Assembly (NCBI RefSeq): GCF_006345805.1
Contig: NC_042999.1
Span: forward strand, 98,580,001-98,644,000
Direction: 5' to 3'
Length of the DNA: 64,000 nt
Origin: Octopus sinensis
Taxonomy: Eukaryota
Position 1 is the first letter of the stretch, and every line of letters starts with the position of its first letter. Of this stretch, positions 42,146 to 56,415 are shown one piece after another. The notes under the pieces were generated by a model that saw only the letters and a list, made by a program, of their open reading frames with translations, did not search any database and was not told the DNA's origin. Made by a program: the position numbers and the translations under genes.

Positions 42146-42668
42146 ACTTAAGGCGGCGAGCTGGCAGAAACGTTAGCACGCCGGGCGAAATACTTAGCAG
42201 TATTTCATCTGCTGTTACATTCTGAGTTCAAATTCCACTGATGTCGATCTTGCCTTTCATCTTTTCGGGGTCAATAAATTAAGTACCAGTTACGCACTGG
42301 ATTCGATATAATCGACTTAATCCGTTTGTCTGTCCGTGTTTGTCCTCTCTGTGTTTAGCTCCTTGTGGGTAGTAAAGATATAGGTATTTCGTCTGCCGTT
42401 ACGTTCTGAGTTCAAATTGGGTGGTAAAGAAATAGGTATTTCGTCTGCCGTTACGTTCTGAGTTCAAATTGGGTGGTAAAGAAATAGGTATTTCGTCTGC
42501 CGCTACGTTCTGAGTTCAAATTCCGCCGAGGTCGACTTTGCCTTTCATCCTTTCGGGTACGATAAATTAAGAACCAGTTACGCACTGGGTCGATGTAATC
42601 GACTTAATCCGTTTGTCTGTCCTTGTTTGTCCCGACTATGTTTAGCCCCTTGTGGGTAATAAAGAAAT
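42146..42668 (+). mobile_element. SINE family A multimer inserted as one unit
   Basis: Full monomer, two 52-bp deleted units (42383-42434, 42435-42486), then a headless unit; 16-bp TSD aagaatccgtaacgtc at 42130-42145 and 42669-42684. Confidence 0.88.
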
Positions 42669-43409
42669 AAGAATCCGTAACGTCTCTACTGTGCTGAGAA
42701 ACATATCGAATCTTTTAATTTTACAATTTCCTAGGTATACCTCTTACACAAAATAATCATTTTGGTTTCAGAGCTTAACACTATTTTTTAGGGTTTTTTT
42801 CTGTCTTTTTTTCCCTGCATTTTTAAAAGCTTCGTCAAGGCGCAGTTTCGGAATTATGCGCGTAGCCGAAGGTTTCTTTACCCGAACTCTACAAGAAATT
42901 ACATTTTAGTTTCTGTCTAATCACAGCATAAAATATTAGAAAAAAAGATATGAGGTATTAGATATTGCTTTATTTCCTTTTCACAATAATATCAATATCT
43001 ATCCTAAGTAGAAAGTCACAAATTTTAAGAGATAGAACACAAACCCCTTTATTTAATGCACAATGTATTTATCTGTGTCGACGAAATCAAATTTATACTG
43101 TAATTGTACGTAACTGAGTACGTAAGGGATTTTTTCCGACCCTTAATCAGTTCTGCTAGATGTTCCTTCTTTCAAAATAATATGAAATTTCGTTCATGAA
43201 ACACGCACACGTACTCATGGCATTTTCAGTTTTGTTCACTAAATCCTCTACTAATTCACTGCTAAAGAGTACAGGAACACTACTAGTAATTCCTGTAAAT
43301 TAAAAGATCCAGTCAACTTAAAATTCCATTACCGATAGACGATGCAAATATATATATATATATATATATATAGACTACGCTTGGTGGTATTTTGCTTATG
43401 GGTGCAAAT

Positions 43410-43570
43410 GTTGCTGTTTAGCCCCAGGTTAATCCTTATGGTCAAAAGCCTTCCATATGTGACCAACTTGTCTTTTTGTATAGGTCAGACTACTCTGTCC
43501 AACGTGTCTTTTAAAAGACTGCATCAGTGGGAATTGCGGGATGTTTAGCTATATTTAACTGGTCGAGTAT
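43410..43570 (+). repeat. Unclassified dispersed repeat family D (gttgtttagccccaggtca...gatcaaa...ttccagc.gtgacc)
   Basis: Decayed copies at ~11450-11780 (-), 19440-19660 (-), 21650-21740, 23140-23310 (-), 35505-35800, 36255-36460, 37410-37490 (-), 39620-39725, 47915-47990. Confidence 0.55.
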
Positions 43571-46500
43571 AGTTTAACAGGGTGAGTGTATATAGTTTGG
43601 TAAGCCTTACGCGAGTTTGTGTGCGCACGCGAGTGTGTGTGTGTGAGTGTACGTGTGTGTGTGCTTGTGTGTCAGCTACTGATATACTTTCGTGTTTTAA
43701 CATTGTACGACTAAAAAGATATTATCCCAGGCCGAATACAACAGTTAATTAGGCTTCCAATGATGTTCTGCTTTAAATATGACAGGCAGAGCTTGATACA
43801 CCGCCTCTCCACGCATATACATTTTACAGAAAGATTTAGGAAGAGTATGAGTGTGTGTGTGCGCATGCAGATATGTGGATGGTGTGTGTGTCTGCGTGTG
43901 TGTGTATGTGTACGATCTATCTATTTACTCCTCTGTCTATGTCTGCCATCCTGCTTCTATCATACATCCGTTTTACGCAAACCAATGCTGTACTAATGCG
44001 AAAGATCGTTTTACTGTCGTTTTTCGCATGATTTTGCTTTCGACTTGATTTATTTATTTATTCATTCATCTATTTTTTTGTTGTTTTTTTCTTCATTCGA
44101 AAAATATCATCAAAGTGCCAGTCAAGCACTAGGTCGATTTATATTTCTATATTGTATCCGAGATATAAATGGAAATATAATAGAAGACCGCTTTTTATGA
44201 TCTTACATTCATAAAATACCCATATTAATCATACGGGGCTCATTCCTTTGTTTCCCAACTTTTACAATTACACACAAAATAAGAAGATAAATAAAGACAA
44301 ATAAAAGAAAATTAATTGAAGCAATAAATGATCTCCGGTGTTCTGACACTATTGAGGTCGCCTTTCAAACGATACTGATACAAAACATTCCTCGTTGCTT
44401 TGTTCCGTCATCATAACCAACAGCCTGGAAATACCCGACTCTCAGTTACATCAATATCGAGGGAATCAATTTTGTTCTCTACAATTAATCTAACATTAAT
44501 TATATCAGTAGGAATTCCATATGCTTCATTCTGCAATCTATTTCAGCACGTTTCGTTCTAGTTTTTCACATAAATGGCAATATTTCACTGAGAATTTCAA
44601 CGTTTAAGAATATTACATTCATTTTCATTTGGGAATATGGGTATAAATATTCAAAGAGCAAGCTTACAAAAATTCACTCCTACCTATAAATGAAACAACA
44701 ACTGTTCAATTTTACGCACGATTTCTTTCTTTTTATTTCATATTTAATTTTGTTCAAAGTTTTTACTTTTACTTTCACTTTCACTATTTCCTTCATTTTC
44801 TGTTTTTATATTTTTATATATTACTTCTACCAACCCGCACACACATGCGCACTACACACAGCGGTATTCCATATCGTTTTATTCAAGGTCGTTCGTACAT
44901 CTTATTTACTTTTCCATTAAATCAGTTCACTGTTTCTTTGTCACCCTCTTTCTCTCTCTTTCACGTACACACACACACACACAAACGCGCGCGCGCGCGT
45001 GCACACACACACACATACATTCGTCTATCTCTCTCCTTTCTCTCTCTCTCTCTCTCTCTCTCGCCTTTATTGATTTTAATAGTCTGAAATCAAATACCTT
45101 TATATAACTCTAGGTTTCTACCTCTGTAGGTAAAAAATAAGCACTGCTTATAAATAGACAATGCTTATAATCAATGCTTATAAATAGACACAGAGAATGT
45201 TTATAAGATGGTAATAAATTGGTTGTCTGTATTCTCTCTCCTCTCTCCCTACCCCACTCTCTCTCTCTTATCGCTATCTCTCTCATTCTCTCTAAATTAT
45301 TCATGTCTTGTGAAGGGGTCATGGGAGAACCTCTTCCACGTCTTTTTCTCCTGAAAGGGAGACGAGTTGAATGAGGGCTTAGCAACCTATCGGAACCGGC
45401 CAAGTACAAGCCTATGTGCAGTGCGATACGGCACAGAAATAAAGTAGAAAAGAATAGAATATGCTTACTAGAGATTTGCATTTTGTCATCAACCTGACGT
45501 TGACACCAAACTTTCGACGACCTCGATTACTTTATTGTGAATTGGTTCCAACAGAATATAAACATTTTAACGATAAGCAAGGCCCTATCCTACTGTGTTC
45601 GCAAAGTGGCCGCCGCATTATATATGAGTGTTTATGAAAACGCTTTGAACATCCAGGGTTGGATTTGGGTTTCAACCCACTAAACAAATTTCGTTCCCGC
45701 ACTTATGATTGAATAAAATATATCACTCGGAAATCGAAACTGCATCGCTAACAGAGTTATTGGGGAGTTTAACATAACTAACATTTGCATAGATTTCCTT
45801 AGATAATCTGTGTGACTTTAAAATGTGAGGTGTTAAGTGTAAAATACAATCAGGTGAATAATGGAACCTTTACATGGTCTATCGATCTGATAGCCATAGA
45901 AGTCAGATTTCCATGGAGTTACCCTCTCCTCTCTCAAGTAGGAAAAGGACATATTTGATAATGCAGTTGTATATGTAACTAAAAAAAGATTTAAATCATA
46001 CTTAACGTCTTTGCTCCTAGGTATATTTAATCAATTTTTATCTGTAGCTAGACAAACTCTCTCTGGACCAGCATTAAGCTTGTGGGAATATATGTAGCGC
46101 AACATAACTTTCGAGAAGATGAATATATTCGACTCCCAAGCTGCCCACTCATAATCATCTTTGATGAAAAATTATCAACCATCTGGCTGTGATTTGAACT
46201 TATCCTCTCACAGTTTACAACATGCACGGAATGCCTGTAAAAAACACATCCGTATATTGATAAGTATTTATTCATAATAGCTATTTTATATGTATTTCCC
46301 ACATATTCTCGCAATGATATGTTAATACATAAATGCATTCAGACAGATAGACAAGCAGGTAGGCAGAATGGCAGTCAGGCAGTCAGGCAAACAGTTGGTT
46401 AGGCAGGCAGTCAGGCAGTCAAGAATACGCATATATTTAATCGTTTTGTAGCGACCAAACAGGTCATACAATAAGTTTCGCAGGAAATAGACATATCATG

Positions 46501-48324
46501 TATTGATGTCTTAAATGAGTCTAAGCAATCATTTGATGTCTTATTGCAATCACGAAAGTTTGATTCATCCCTATCTGGCTCTATCTTCCTTCCTCTTTTA
46601 TTCCTACCTCTTCAGCCCGCATCATTTCTGCAAGAATGGTCACACGACCTTATTACATAAATTGTCGTCAAAATGATTAATAGGGATAACAAAAATCCTT
46701 CTGTCTCGAAAACATTTTCCTACAGATATATTGAGTGGGAATAAATAAAAATTAATGAAGCATCGATTCAAACGTCTATACTAATTTCTTTTTACAACAC
46801 TGATTTCGTCGTAGTTTAAAATAGATGAAACATGATCAATAGTATCTATAACGAACTGCTGCTCTTTCTTATAAGTGTGTGTGTGTGTGTATAGGTGTGT
46901 GTGAGAGAGTGAGTGAGTGTATGTGTGTATGTATGTGTGTTTGTTATATTTATTGCGAGGATATGGTGAAAAAAGGTCTCAAATGTACGAAAATAGGTTA
47001 CATGACAAAAAGTAATTTTTTTTTTAAATGTTAAAAAATTATAAATTTAGACCTATTTCCCTGAAAGGGAAATAAATGACAGAAACGAACACCGAACAAT
47101 AACCGCAAAGACACTTCCTCGTTTTATATAATTCTCACATCACGTTCTGTCTTCTTTTTAGACTATAGTTCTCAGGCCTGAAGGCCAGCAATTGTGAACT
47201 ACAGCTGAAAATGGTAAAAAGTTTTTAAATCTATCTATAAGACGATTGTCATGATAATGAAATGTGAAGGCAAACAAAATACGTTACCTTGAAATAAAAA
47301 TGTTGCTTAAAATAAAAGATTTTATTATATGTTTATATATATTCCATCAGTATCTTATTTGTTTTCTTATTTCATACATAATGATATTGGACCGTACTTT
47401 GCACAAATTTTCTTGGTTACGTCTATAAATAGACTAGATATTGTTTGTAGTTGGTATTGGAGAATATTAACGCTAATTTATTCTTATTTTATCAGATTTT
47501 GTTCGCAAGATCGTGCTTGATATACAAACAAAGAGACAATGGGCTGGCATAGAATATTCTAAACAGATAGTTTACAATTAGCTGAACACACGAATAATCT
47601 GCGTTCTTTACTGAACCAGTGATTAATCTCGTTTGAAAGAATGATTAATTTCATAGAAAGAGTGATTAATCTCTTTAAAAATCTCCTTGATTAATTTTAT
47701 TGAAAGAGCGATTCTTTTCACCAGTCTGGGAACTTTTGCAATGGCTATGGGTATTGACTCTCCTCTTCGATCTAGAATTTTAAGAAATTTCGTACAATAG
47801 TAATTAATTTCGATGAAAGATAACCAGTTAAGAGTTCTTTCCTGTTTTTAGTGATTAATAATTTTTCTGACAGGTTATTAGTGTTCTTGATGACTAATAT
47901 TCTCACGTTTATCTGGAGTTGTTTAACTCATAGCTACACCTGATCGAGCAGACCTATGATTTAAACATTCTGGGGTTACCCATCGCAGACTAAATTACCT
48001 AATTTCACCTTCCTGACGAAAGGCGGTAGCATATAAAACTTTGACTTACACACTGAAACTGTACACACCGAACTGACAAAACTAAAATGAATTTACATAT
48101 TAGTGAGAAGAGTTACAGGCAACAGCCATTATGTTTCCAAACAGTTATGGATTCGAGAAATTTATGATGGTAAAGATTAGTGGATAGACGTCACAAAGTA
48201 AAACACATATATATACACACTCATCACGCACAAACACACACATAAATATATATATACTCAAATATTTATATATATATATGAATATATATTCATATATGTG
48301 AATATGTATGTATATATTTTCATG

Positions 48325-48361
<37 letters not shown>

Positions 48362-48391
48362 GCATATACATTCATATATATATGCATATAC

Positions 48392-48475
<84 letters not shown>

Positions 48476-49523
48476 AAACTATGTAAATGTATTTCTCTCT
48501 GAAGAGAAGTAGAGTTGTTTATAAATGCTCATCAATATAGAATTCCATTATAGGGACAGCACTTCTGCGAAACGATCGTAATATGCTTTAAAAACTTAAT
48601 TCGAAACTTTTAAACTATCATATTTATTATTATATATTTATACTTATACACATTTACATATTTATATATATATTCATAATTTTAATACAACTATTATTTT
48701 ACACACGTATATATCTTCCTGGAGAATGTTCTAATATTGATTTCTTGATATTAATATTAATATATTATATAAAATATACATAGTTGCATGTATTTATGTA
48801 TGTGTATGTATGTATGTATTTATGTTTATATGTATGTATGCTTATTTGTCTAGGCTATATTCTTTTTTTTTTTTCGTTTGGAGAATTCAGGCTGGCCACA
48901 AACCAAGTGGTAAGGCTCTTTTCTTTCGGTAAAAAAAAATGTTGGGCATTTGTGGTTGTCTGAATCGGCTGATGTTTGTACATATACATATTTATGCTCA
49001 TGGATAACTTGTATTTTAGGAGCAGACATTCGTTTCACTTAAGTATTCAAATATCTGTGCTTCTCATATTTTACTCCTCAGTATACAAGTGTTTGGGCTT
49101 CACTCTTCTGTGTGCTTATGCATGATAAATGTAAACACGTGTGTATGTATGTATGTATGTATTTATTATGTACGTATGTATGCATGTATGTATGTATGTG
49201 GTGTGTGTATGTGTGTGTGTTCTTTGAATTTTAAATTCTTCTTGAGAGGTTTCAAACCGGTTGCTCACAAAGCAACAAGACCTTTTGAGTTACGAGAGTT
49301 CCCTGTGTTTGTGAATATGTGGTTGAGTTGGTGTGTTGGTTGAGCTGTCGACGCATACACCCAAGTGTGTGCATCTATTCACATAAGAATCTCACATGGA
49401 GAATTTCTGAAATGCCTTACAAAAATTTTCGCTGTACCGCTAATAGATTGGATTTGGAGAATCCGCTTCAGTTTCTTTTGCTCTTTTTTGGGGAAACCAA
49501 ATGTTTCAAGATTTTTGTGCAAA

Positions 49524-49942
49524 TGTATGTATGTATGTATGTATGTATGTATGTATGTATGTATGTATGTATGTATGTATGTATTTATGTATGTATTTAT
49601 GTATGTATGTATGTATGTATGTATGTATGTATGTATGTATTTGTGCAGATTTTTATGTTTTGTTTTATGTATGTATTCTCATGCATATTGTTCTATGTCT
49701 AGTCATGCTCATGTACAATTAAATGATAAACTTCTGGAAAGTTTTACGGATTTTTACAGTTCTAGTGATGGCTTGGATCTGTAGTCATTGAATCAGCTTT
49801 TACCTTTCTAGTTTTGAGAAGCCTAATTTCTCAAGATTGGTATTTAGGCAGTGTGTTACATATCCCACTGCTCCAACAACCTGAGCTTTTAATCTGAATG
49901 GAGTAGTTGTAGATTCCTCAATAGTTCAGCATAGGTATTTTC

Positions 49943-49979
<37 letters not shown>

Positions 49980-50990
49980 ATGTATGTATGTGCGTATCTG
50001 TGTGTGTGTTTTATGTATGTATGCATGCATATATTTGTATGTATGTATGTATGTATGTATGTATGTATGTATGTATGTATGTATGTATGTATGTATGTAT
50101 GCATGCATGTATGTATGTGTGTTTGTATGTGCGTGTATATTTGACTGGCTAGATATGTGGGTAGATGTGAGTTTCCCACGATGATTAACTAATAAAGTAG
50201 CATACACTGTAACGGAGGCTTATCTCTAGCGATTTTTAAATCTTATTTCATAAGAATTTTATGAGAATTTGTGCACGAAAAATGCCTTTTGGCTATTTAA
50301 TGACTAAGTATATTTTACGTGGCAAGAGGTAGATTTTATTATCGGCTACCAGGTGATTTCTTATAATTCTATAGAAAAAATAAGGTTTTGTGAGATTCAT
50401 TCAGAAATTTCAGTGATCAGTGTATTAGGGGCTCTGCTGATAGCGGGGTGTTATACCTATACATGAGAATTAATTAATTAATACATACATACATACATAC
50501 ATACATACATACATACATACATACATAGCGTGGTACTCCGTCGGTTACGACGACGAGGGTTCCAGTTAATCGATCAACGAAACAGCCTGCTCGTGAAATT
50601 AACGTGCAAGTGACTGAGCACTCAACAGACACATGTACCCTAACGTAGTTCTCGGGGAGATTCAGCGTGACACAGAGTGGGACAAGGCTGGCCCTTTGGA
50701 ATACAGGTACAACAGAAAGAGTGAGAGAAAGTTGTGGCGAAAGAGTACAGCAGGGTTCACCACCACCCTTTGACGGAGCCTCGTGGAGCTTTAGTTGTTT
50801 TCGCTCAATAAACATCTATGTATGTATGTAATTGTGCAGATAACGCCCGGTCTGGGAATCGAAACCGCCATCCTACGACGGCGTGTCTGCTGCCCTAACC
50901 ACTGGGCCATTGCGCCTCCACCATACATACATACATACATACATACATACATACATACATACATACATACATACATACATACATACATGA
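49524..50990. repeat. Cluster of (TATG/TACA)n tetranucleotide tracts
   Basis: Tracts at ~49524-49640, 50030-50110, 50481-50527 and 50923-50990; also 32124-32210 and 36798-36855. Confidence 0.95.
50527..50919 (-). mobile_element. SINE family C (ggaggcgcaatggcccagtggttagggc...)
   Basis: Minus-strand tRNA head with GGTTTCGATTCCC; body interrupted by (TACA)n; 3' part shared with the 19773 element. Confidence 0.8.
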
Positions 50991-53869
50991 TGGCTGCAGA
51001 CTCGTGCTCAATTATTGCCTTCACCTCATCGAAAGCTCCACACATGCGAAAGCTACGATCAACCATTTTTGTGATAGTTCTTAATCTTTTATCAAGCGAT
51101 GCCTGTGCAAGAGGATTTATTTTTATAGTGGGGAAAGTATTTGTACAAATCCAATCCCACTCTCTGAACATGGGCAACATAAACTCGAAAAGAACTAGTC
51201 TACATCATCGAATATTATCAGTGTCGCAGGTTTTCTCTCAGAGATACCCTCTCCTAGAGAGATGTTGGGACCACAACAGAGGGCCTCCCATTCCCAGTGG
51301 GCCAACTGCGCGCCTGGATACCAGTCCAGGTATTTCCACGTCCCCGCACATACATACATGCATACATACACATGTACACATACATACACATGTTGGATGG
51401 CTGTTGACTGCTCATGTGCTCTTCCGCCCTTTGACAGGTCTTATTTTACGTCCAACAATCACCCTCCTCACCAAGCAAACAAGCTTGATGGGGGTGCCAG
51501 TTTAGTCACCGACGATCCAACCATGCAACAGGTTGTACTGGGTTACATGTTACCAGTAGCGCCCGAGAGTGACCTGACATAACATACATACATGTGCACA
51601 CGTGCATGTACATGCACACACACGCTACTTCATCATACGAAGCACTCAAATAGCCTCACTATCTCACAATAACTCCATATGTTGAGGCTGACTATCTCCG
51701 AAGATCTCATCCGGTAAAAGCATATCCCTAACATTGCAAGGAGAGCTTCCCAATGACTAACTCAATTCTTCAGGCGAAAAAATACTTTGGTCCTCAAAAA
51801 TTTCTGATTCATTGCTACTCTACAAAATTCAGATGAGACCCGAAATAAAGAATTGCTCTCACATTTGGGATTATCACTAGTGCTACCCACACAGATATCC
51901 CTACACTGCATCTGGAAAAGGGCCACGGATTCGCTCCTGTCCCTGGCACGGGCGCATTTTATTCTCTCTCCGTCATTTCTGTCAGTACTGTCATATAACT
52001 GGTGTTGTTACGTGGCATCCGTTTATGTCGCTTTAATATAGTGATACAACAAATAAAGATTGGGAAAAAATAGGTAAAGGACAGAAATGAGTACTGGAGT
52101 TGGTATGATTGATTAAATCTCTTGGTGGTGGTGCATCAGAGTGACCAGAGGTTGAAGCCAGCAGAGGGTTCAAAGAATATGTATGTATGTCTTATTATAT
52201 GATAATAATAAAACAGAACTCAATATAGCGGTGTTTGTATCAGCACTTGCATATATATACATGTGTGTGTGTGTGCGTGTGCGTGTGTGCGTGTGTGTGT
52301 ATGTGTGTGTATGTATGTGTGTGTGTGTGTGTGTGTGTGTAATAGATACATAACAATGAAAATTTAATTCTTCCGAAGATAGAAAAAAATGAAGAAAAAC
52401 CTTAATCGATTTTTGAACCTTATTGGGTTCTCATCAGAGGTGTCTACATCAACTTGACCTTTTCTAGAGAAACAAGAAGCCAGCCCGTTTATATACTCAA
52501 CAAATCCAACAGCTACGGTGAACTGGAGCTATTGCTTTGCATGTCCCTGCAAAAGCTCTACTATGATACAAAATTTTTTTATTCTTCATATATATCTTTG
52601 TATATTCGTTTACGGAGATAGCTAACAAACTTTTGGTAGATCTCAAACAAAGCATCACGGTGCCATATGTATATTAATGCACTGTGAATTCCAGAAAATA
52701 TAAGTTAAGTCTTTTGAAATTACATATTGATATCAGAATGTCTTGAAAAGCATATTACTCATAATTTAGCTTAACACAATTATGATTAGTAAAACAAAAT
52801 TTGTCTTTGACTTTAAAAGAGTATTCCAAGCGAAGGGCGCCGAAATTCTTTTCCATTTACTCCTTAATGCGCCTGTAATTGCAGCACAAAGTGAAAAACA
52901 ATGAAAAGTATTGTTTAACATTGACGTTCGATTCATGTTCCTGCAATATTTCACGTGCCTGGTTAATTTGACCTTTTTTTGTTGTTATTATTTACTGAAT
53001 CTGGTGTAATGAGGTTTGTCCATAACTTTTGCAGGACCTCTATTACTGATAAGCTTAGAGCCGCTAATGTTCCATTTAAAGTGTTGCCGGTCAACATCTA
53101 CAGGAAAGATATCGGAATTGTCAATATTCTAGAGGGCTGATGTTCTGGGGAGAAAGGACTAAGAAGAGCGGTTAGTGCGGCGCCTGGGAGGTTATCACGA
53201 CAAGAATGAAGAAAGGTGGAGTTGGTGGGGGTATCTAACTGATGGAAGTACGAGAATAATGTGTTCCGGGAAGCAGAGGCCATTATAATCGCGATGCAAA
53301 GGACTGACCAATGATTGACGATACCTGTTACTGAGCCTCACGGCCCATAGGCATTACTCAGAAATTCTATTTCAGAATTACCACTTTAATCTGGATTCAT
53401 AATAAAGTTTAATCCTGGGTTCAAGTTTAAGCTGAAATTGTATAAAAGTACATGCTTAATAGAAATCAAAAAGAAGAAAAAGAGAATTTCCCTTTCACCT
53501 AACAACAATTCTTAGATCTTTATTATTTCTAAAGGAGGAAAATATGAAACTATCCAAATAACTTGTAGCCCCAGGGAGATTTTTAAAAACTATATCCCAC
53601 ACTTTTTTTAAGCGGAGAAAAGTTAAGTGTGTTTTAAGATACATCACATTAAGATGAATTTTTCGCTGATTGACCATGCTTTACAATGACCATTTTAAAT
53701 TATACAAAATTAGTTTGCTTAAGTATTAACAGAATTGTGCAGATAAGTCTCCTTCCTTGTCTCCCCTTTTCTGAATCTTTTCCCTCCCTCTTCTCTCCTC
53801 TTCTCTCTATTTATCTCCCTGTCTGTTTGTCCGTTTATCAATCTCTTCCTTCTTTTCTCAATTTACAAG

Positions 53870-53965
53870 GTTTGAAGGTCTTTGATTGCTGTAGTTCTCC
53901 AAAAAGAGCAGTGGATATTCTGTTGAGCGAGATCAAAGGTCATGGATGTTCAACAACGATAAATG
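53870..53965 (+). CDS. Coding exon 2 of class C GPCR-like gene
   Basis: Long polypyrimidine tract + caag| acceptor; 96 nt, phase 1 to phase 1; encodes (G)LKVFDCCSSPKRAVDILLSEIKGHGCSTTIN(G), matching the class C 'G.EIRD(S/T)C...A' motif; donor G|gtaagt at 53966. Confidence 0.8.
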
Positions 53966-55122
53966 GTAAGTATGTTTATAATACATTCATGAGTTTAAAA
54001 ATTAGTTTCAAACTATTAGTAATTCTCACTTGCAGTGTCGACTTTATATTTCTGTAACGATTACAAATCCTTTGAGTGACCAGGCTTGAATCGAACTCAG
54101 AACACCAAGAAACACAACTAAACACCATCAGGCACTATGTCAAAGTACTTCTACAAATTCAGGCAAAGAGTACGGTCGATTTAATCAGCATCACTTCTTA
54201 AACAGTACAATTCAAAGATCTCACCGAAACTAAACAAACATAACGAAGTGCAGTGAATCTGTTTCTCTGCCACCCTACCAGTTCTACCATCCTCTGTTCA
54301 TTTTAGTATTATCACAACAGCATTATTAATAATCCTTTCTAATATAGACACAAGGCCTGGAATTTGGGCGAAGAGACAAATCGATTACATCGGTTCCACT
54401 GCTCAACTAGTACTTATTTTATCGACCCTAAAAGGATGTAAAGCAAAGTTTACCCCTGTGGAATTTAAACATCCTATTATTAATAATAAGTATTATAATC
54501 AATAATACGTCAAAATTGGGAATATGAGTTTTGTTGTTGCATAGCTTTAGACGAAGCAGGTTAATGATAAAACGACATTTCGTCTTTACTTATTATTTTC
54601 AGAATTAGTGTAACCCTGAACTGGACGGTGAATTAGCTGCAACGTTAGAGCATGAAACGAAATTCCACTGACATATTTATTCCGTCCCCTTGCGTTCTGA
54701 GTTCAAATCTCAATGGGGCCAACTTGGTCTTTCGTTTTTGGGGACCAACGAGTAAAAGTGTGATAGTCTGTTCGATACAATGATATATAGATAGATAGAT
54801 ATCATACATGCCGTATTTATTCGCAAAGAAGTCTCATCTTTTGGACATAGCTTGTTGCTTTTTTCTTGTGTTCCTTTGGCACGTATAATGCGTAATGTTT
54901 AATATAACTTATATTCAATCCTCAACACTTAGCTGGTAATATAAAATAATTATTTGAGAGTTGATACGTATATTTTCCAGGCGTTAAGTTACAAAAAAGT
55001 TTTTTTCATTTTTTTTTCTATTTCTTATCTTGTTTATAGTGTCATCCGTGTGTAAGAAACACATTACATGCATTAAGCTTTCATTGAATATTGATAAGCA
55101 CGATTTTGTTTGCATTTTTCAG

Positions 55123-55283
55123 GTATTGTCATATTCACTTCTTTAGAAGTGTTTTCCGAAATGAAAAATTACCTGCAGAGATTTCAGATCCCTCAAGTTA
55201 TTATTTGGGGAGAACTTCAAAAACCGCCTAATCCAACACCATTCCAAACGATCATACGACTGAAATCAATTAAAAAGTCAAAG
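55123..55283 (+). CDS. Coding exon 3 of class C GPCR-like gene
   Basis: tttttcag| acceptor, phase 1; encodes (G)IVIFTSLEVFSEMKNYLQRFQIPQVIIWGELQKPPNPTPFQTIIRLKSIKKSK, resembling mGluR '[26 protein letters not shown]...F.R'; donor AAG|gtaact at 55284 (phase 0). Confidence 0.82.
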
Positions 55284-55332
55284 GTAACTAATAAGTGTCA
55301 ACATCATATTTAATCGAAACAGATGAAATTTC

Positions 55333-55405
<73 letters not shown>

Positions 55406-55706
55406 TTATGGCATACAGAAAGTAGCACTGCTGCTACCGCATACATCCGACGAAAAACACTTTCAATGCAGTAAAAATTACAACCCTAAAACGAACTTCC
55501 GTGCATACCCAAGGCACACAGAGCGCGTTCTGCAGTGCAGTAAAAGCACGTAATAGAAATGAAATAGAAATTACTGAACACGCATACACACGCATGCACA
55601 CACGCATACACACATATGGTTCAAAATTAGATTTTTAAAGAAGTCAGATAAGCGAGGGAACGACAAACAAGGTGTATTAGTTTAACACTCAGAAAAAATG
55701 GAAGTG

Positions 55707-55742
55707 TCTTTCACGTTTCGAGCCTATGCTCTTCTACAGTAA
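55707..55742 (-). ncRNA. Degenerate Penelope-type hammerhead motif (different family)
   Basis: Minus strand CTGTAGA A GAGC atag GCTC GAAA CG T G: perfect 4-bp stem II and GAAACGT, but core A6->T and G at the cleavage position. Confidence 0.4.
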
Positions 55743-56415
55743 GGAATGAGGGAGAAAACAGATGGAGAGAGGGAAAAAAGAGAAACATGCATCGACTAAT
55801 AGTTATGCGTGTTGAATATTATATATTCTATCTGTTATACTAAAGTGCTAACGATAGATTCATGTGGTACAAAAATCTGTCACGTAGTAGAAAGATGTGC
55901 GAAAAAGAGAGAGAGAAAGGGAGAGAGAGAGAGAGCGAAAGAGAGAGAGAAAGCGAAAAAGCGAGAGTTAGTTGAACGCATACACGCAGTCACATAAGAA
56001 CTCTATTGGCGCGCACATGCGCTAACTCACACAAGCAACAATTAACTATGTATATATGTGTGATAGAGTGGTGGTGGGATATCTATATATGTGCTCACTC
56101 CAGCTATGTTCGTCTGTGTGTGTGTGTGCACGTGCCAATAGCATTATTTTGTGTAAGCACCAAGAAATTCATCATTTTGTGCAAGCACCAAGAGATTTGT
56201 ATGCTTGTGATATTTCTTGATAACAATCATGGTGGCAAAAATACACTTTCACAGTTACTCATTACAGGACGCGTAACACTTTTAGTAATTATATAAATAC
56301 AAGACTTCTACTGTTACATAAACATGCATACGTAAACACGCACACATACACACATAGGCATGCATGTCCTCATATGTGGTCTTATTAAGTTTTAATTTTT
56401 TCTTGTCTTTTACAG

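Noticed and set aside
42383-42486. Short direct repeats resembling a CRISPR array (also 2162-2203, 31739-31804)
   Set aside because: No unique spacers, eukaryotic context; they are SINE subunits or plain tandem repeats.
50795-51582. 236-aa and 106-aa ORFs
   Set aside because: They span a SINE head and (TACA)n; the remainder may be a retroelement relic but I cannot assign motifs.
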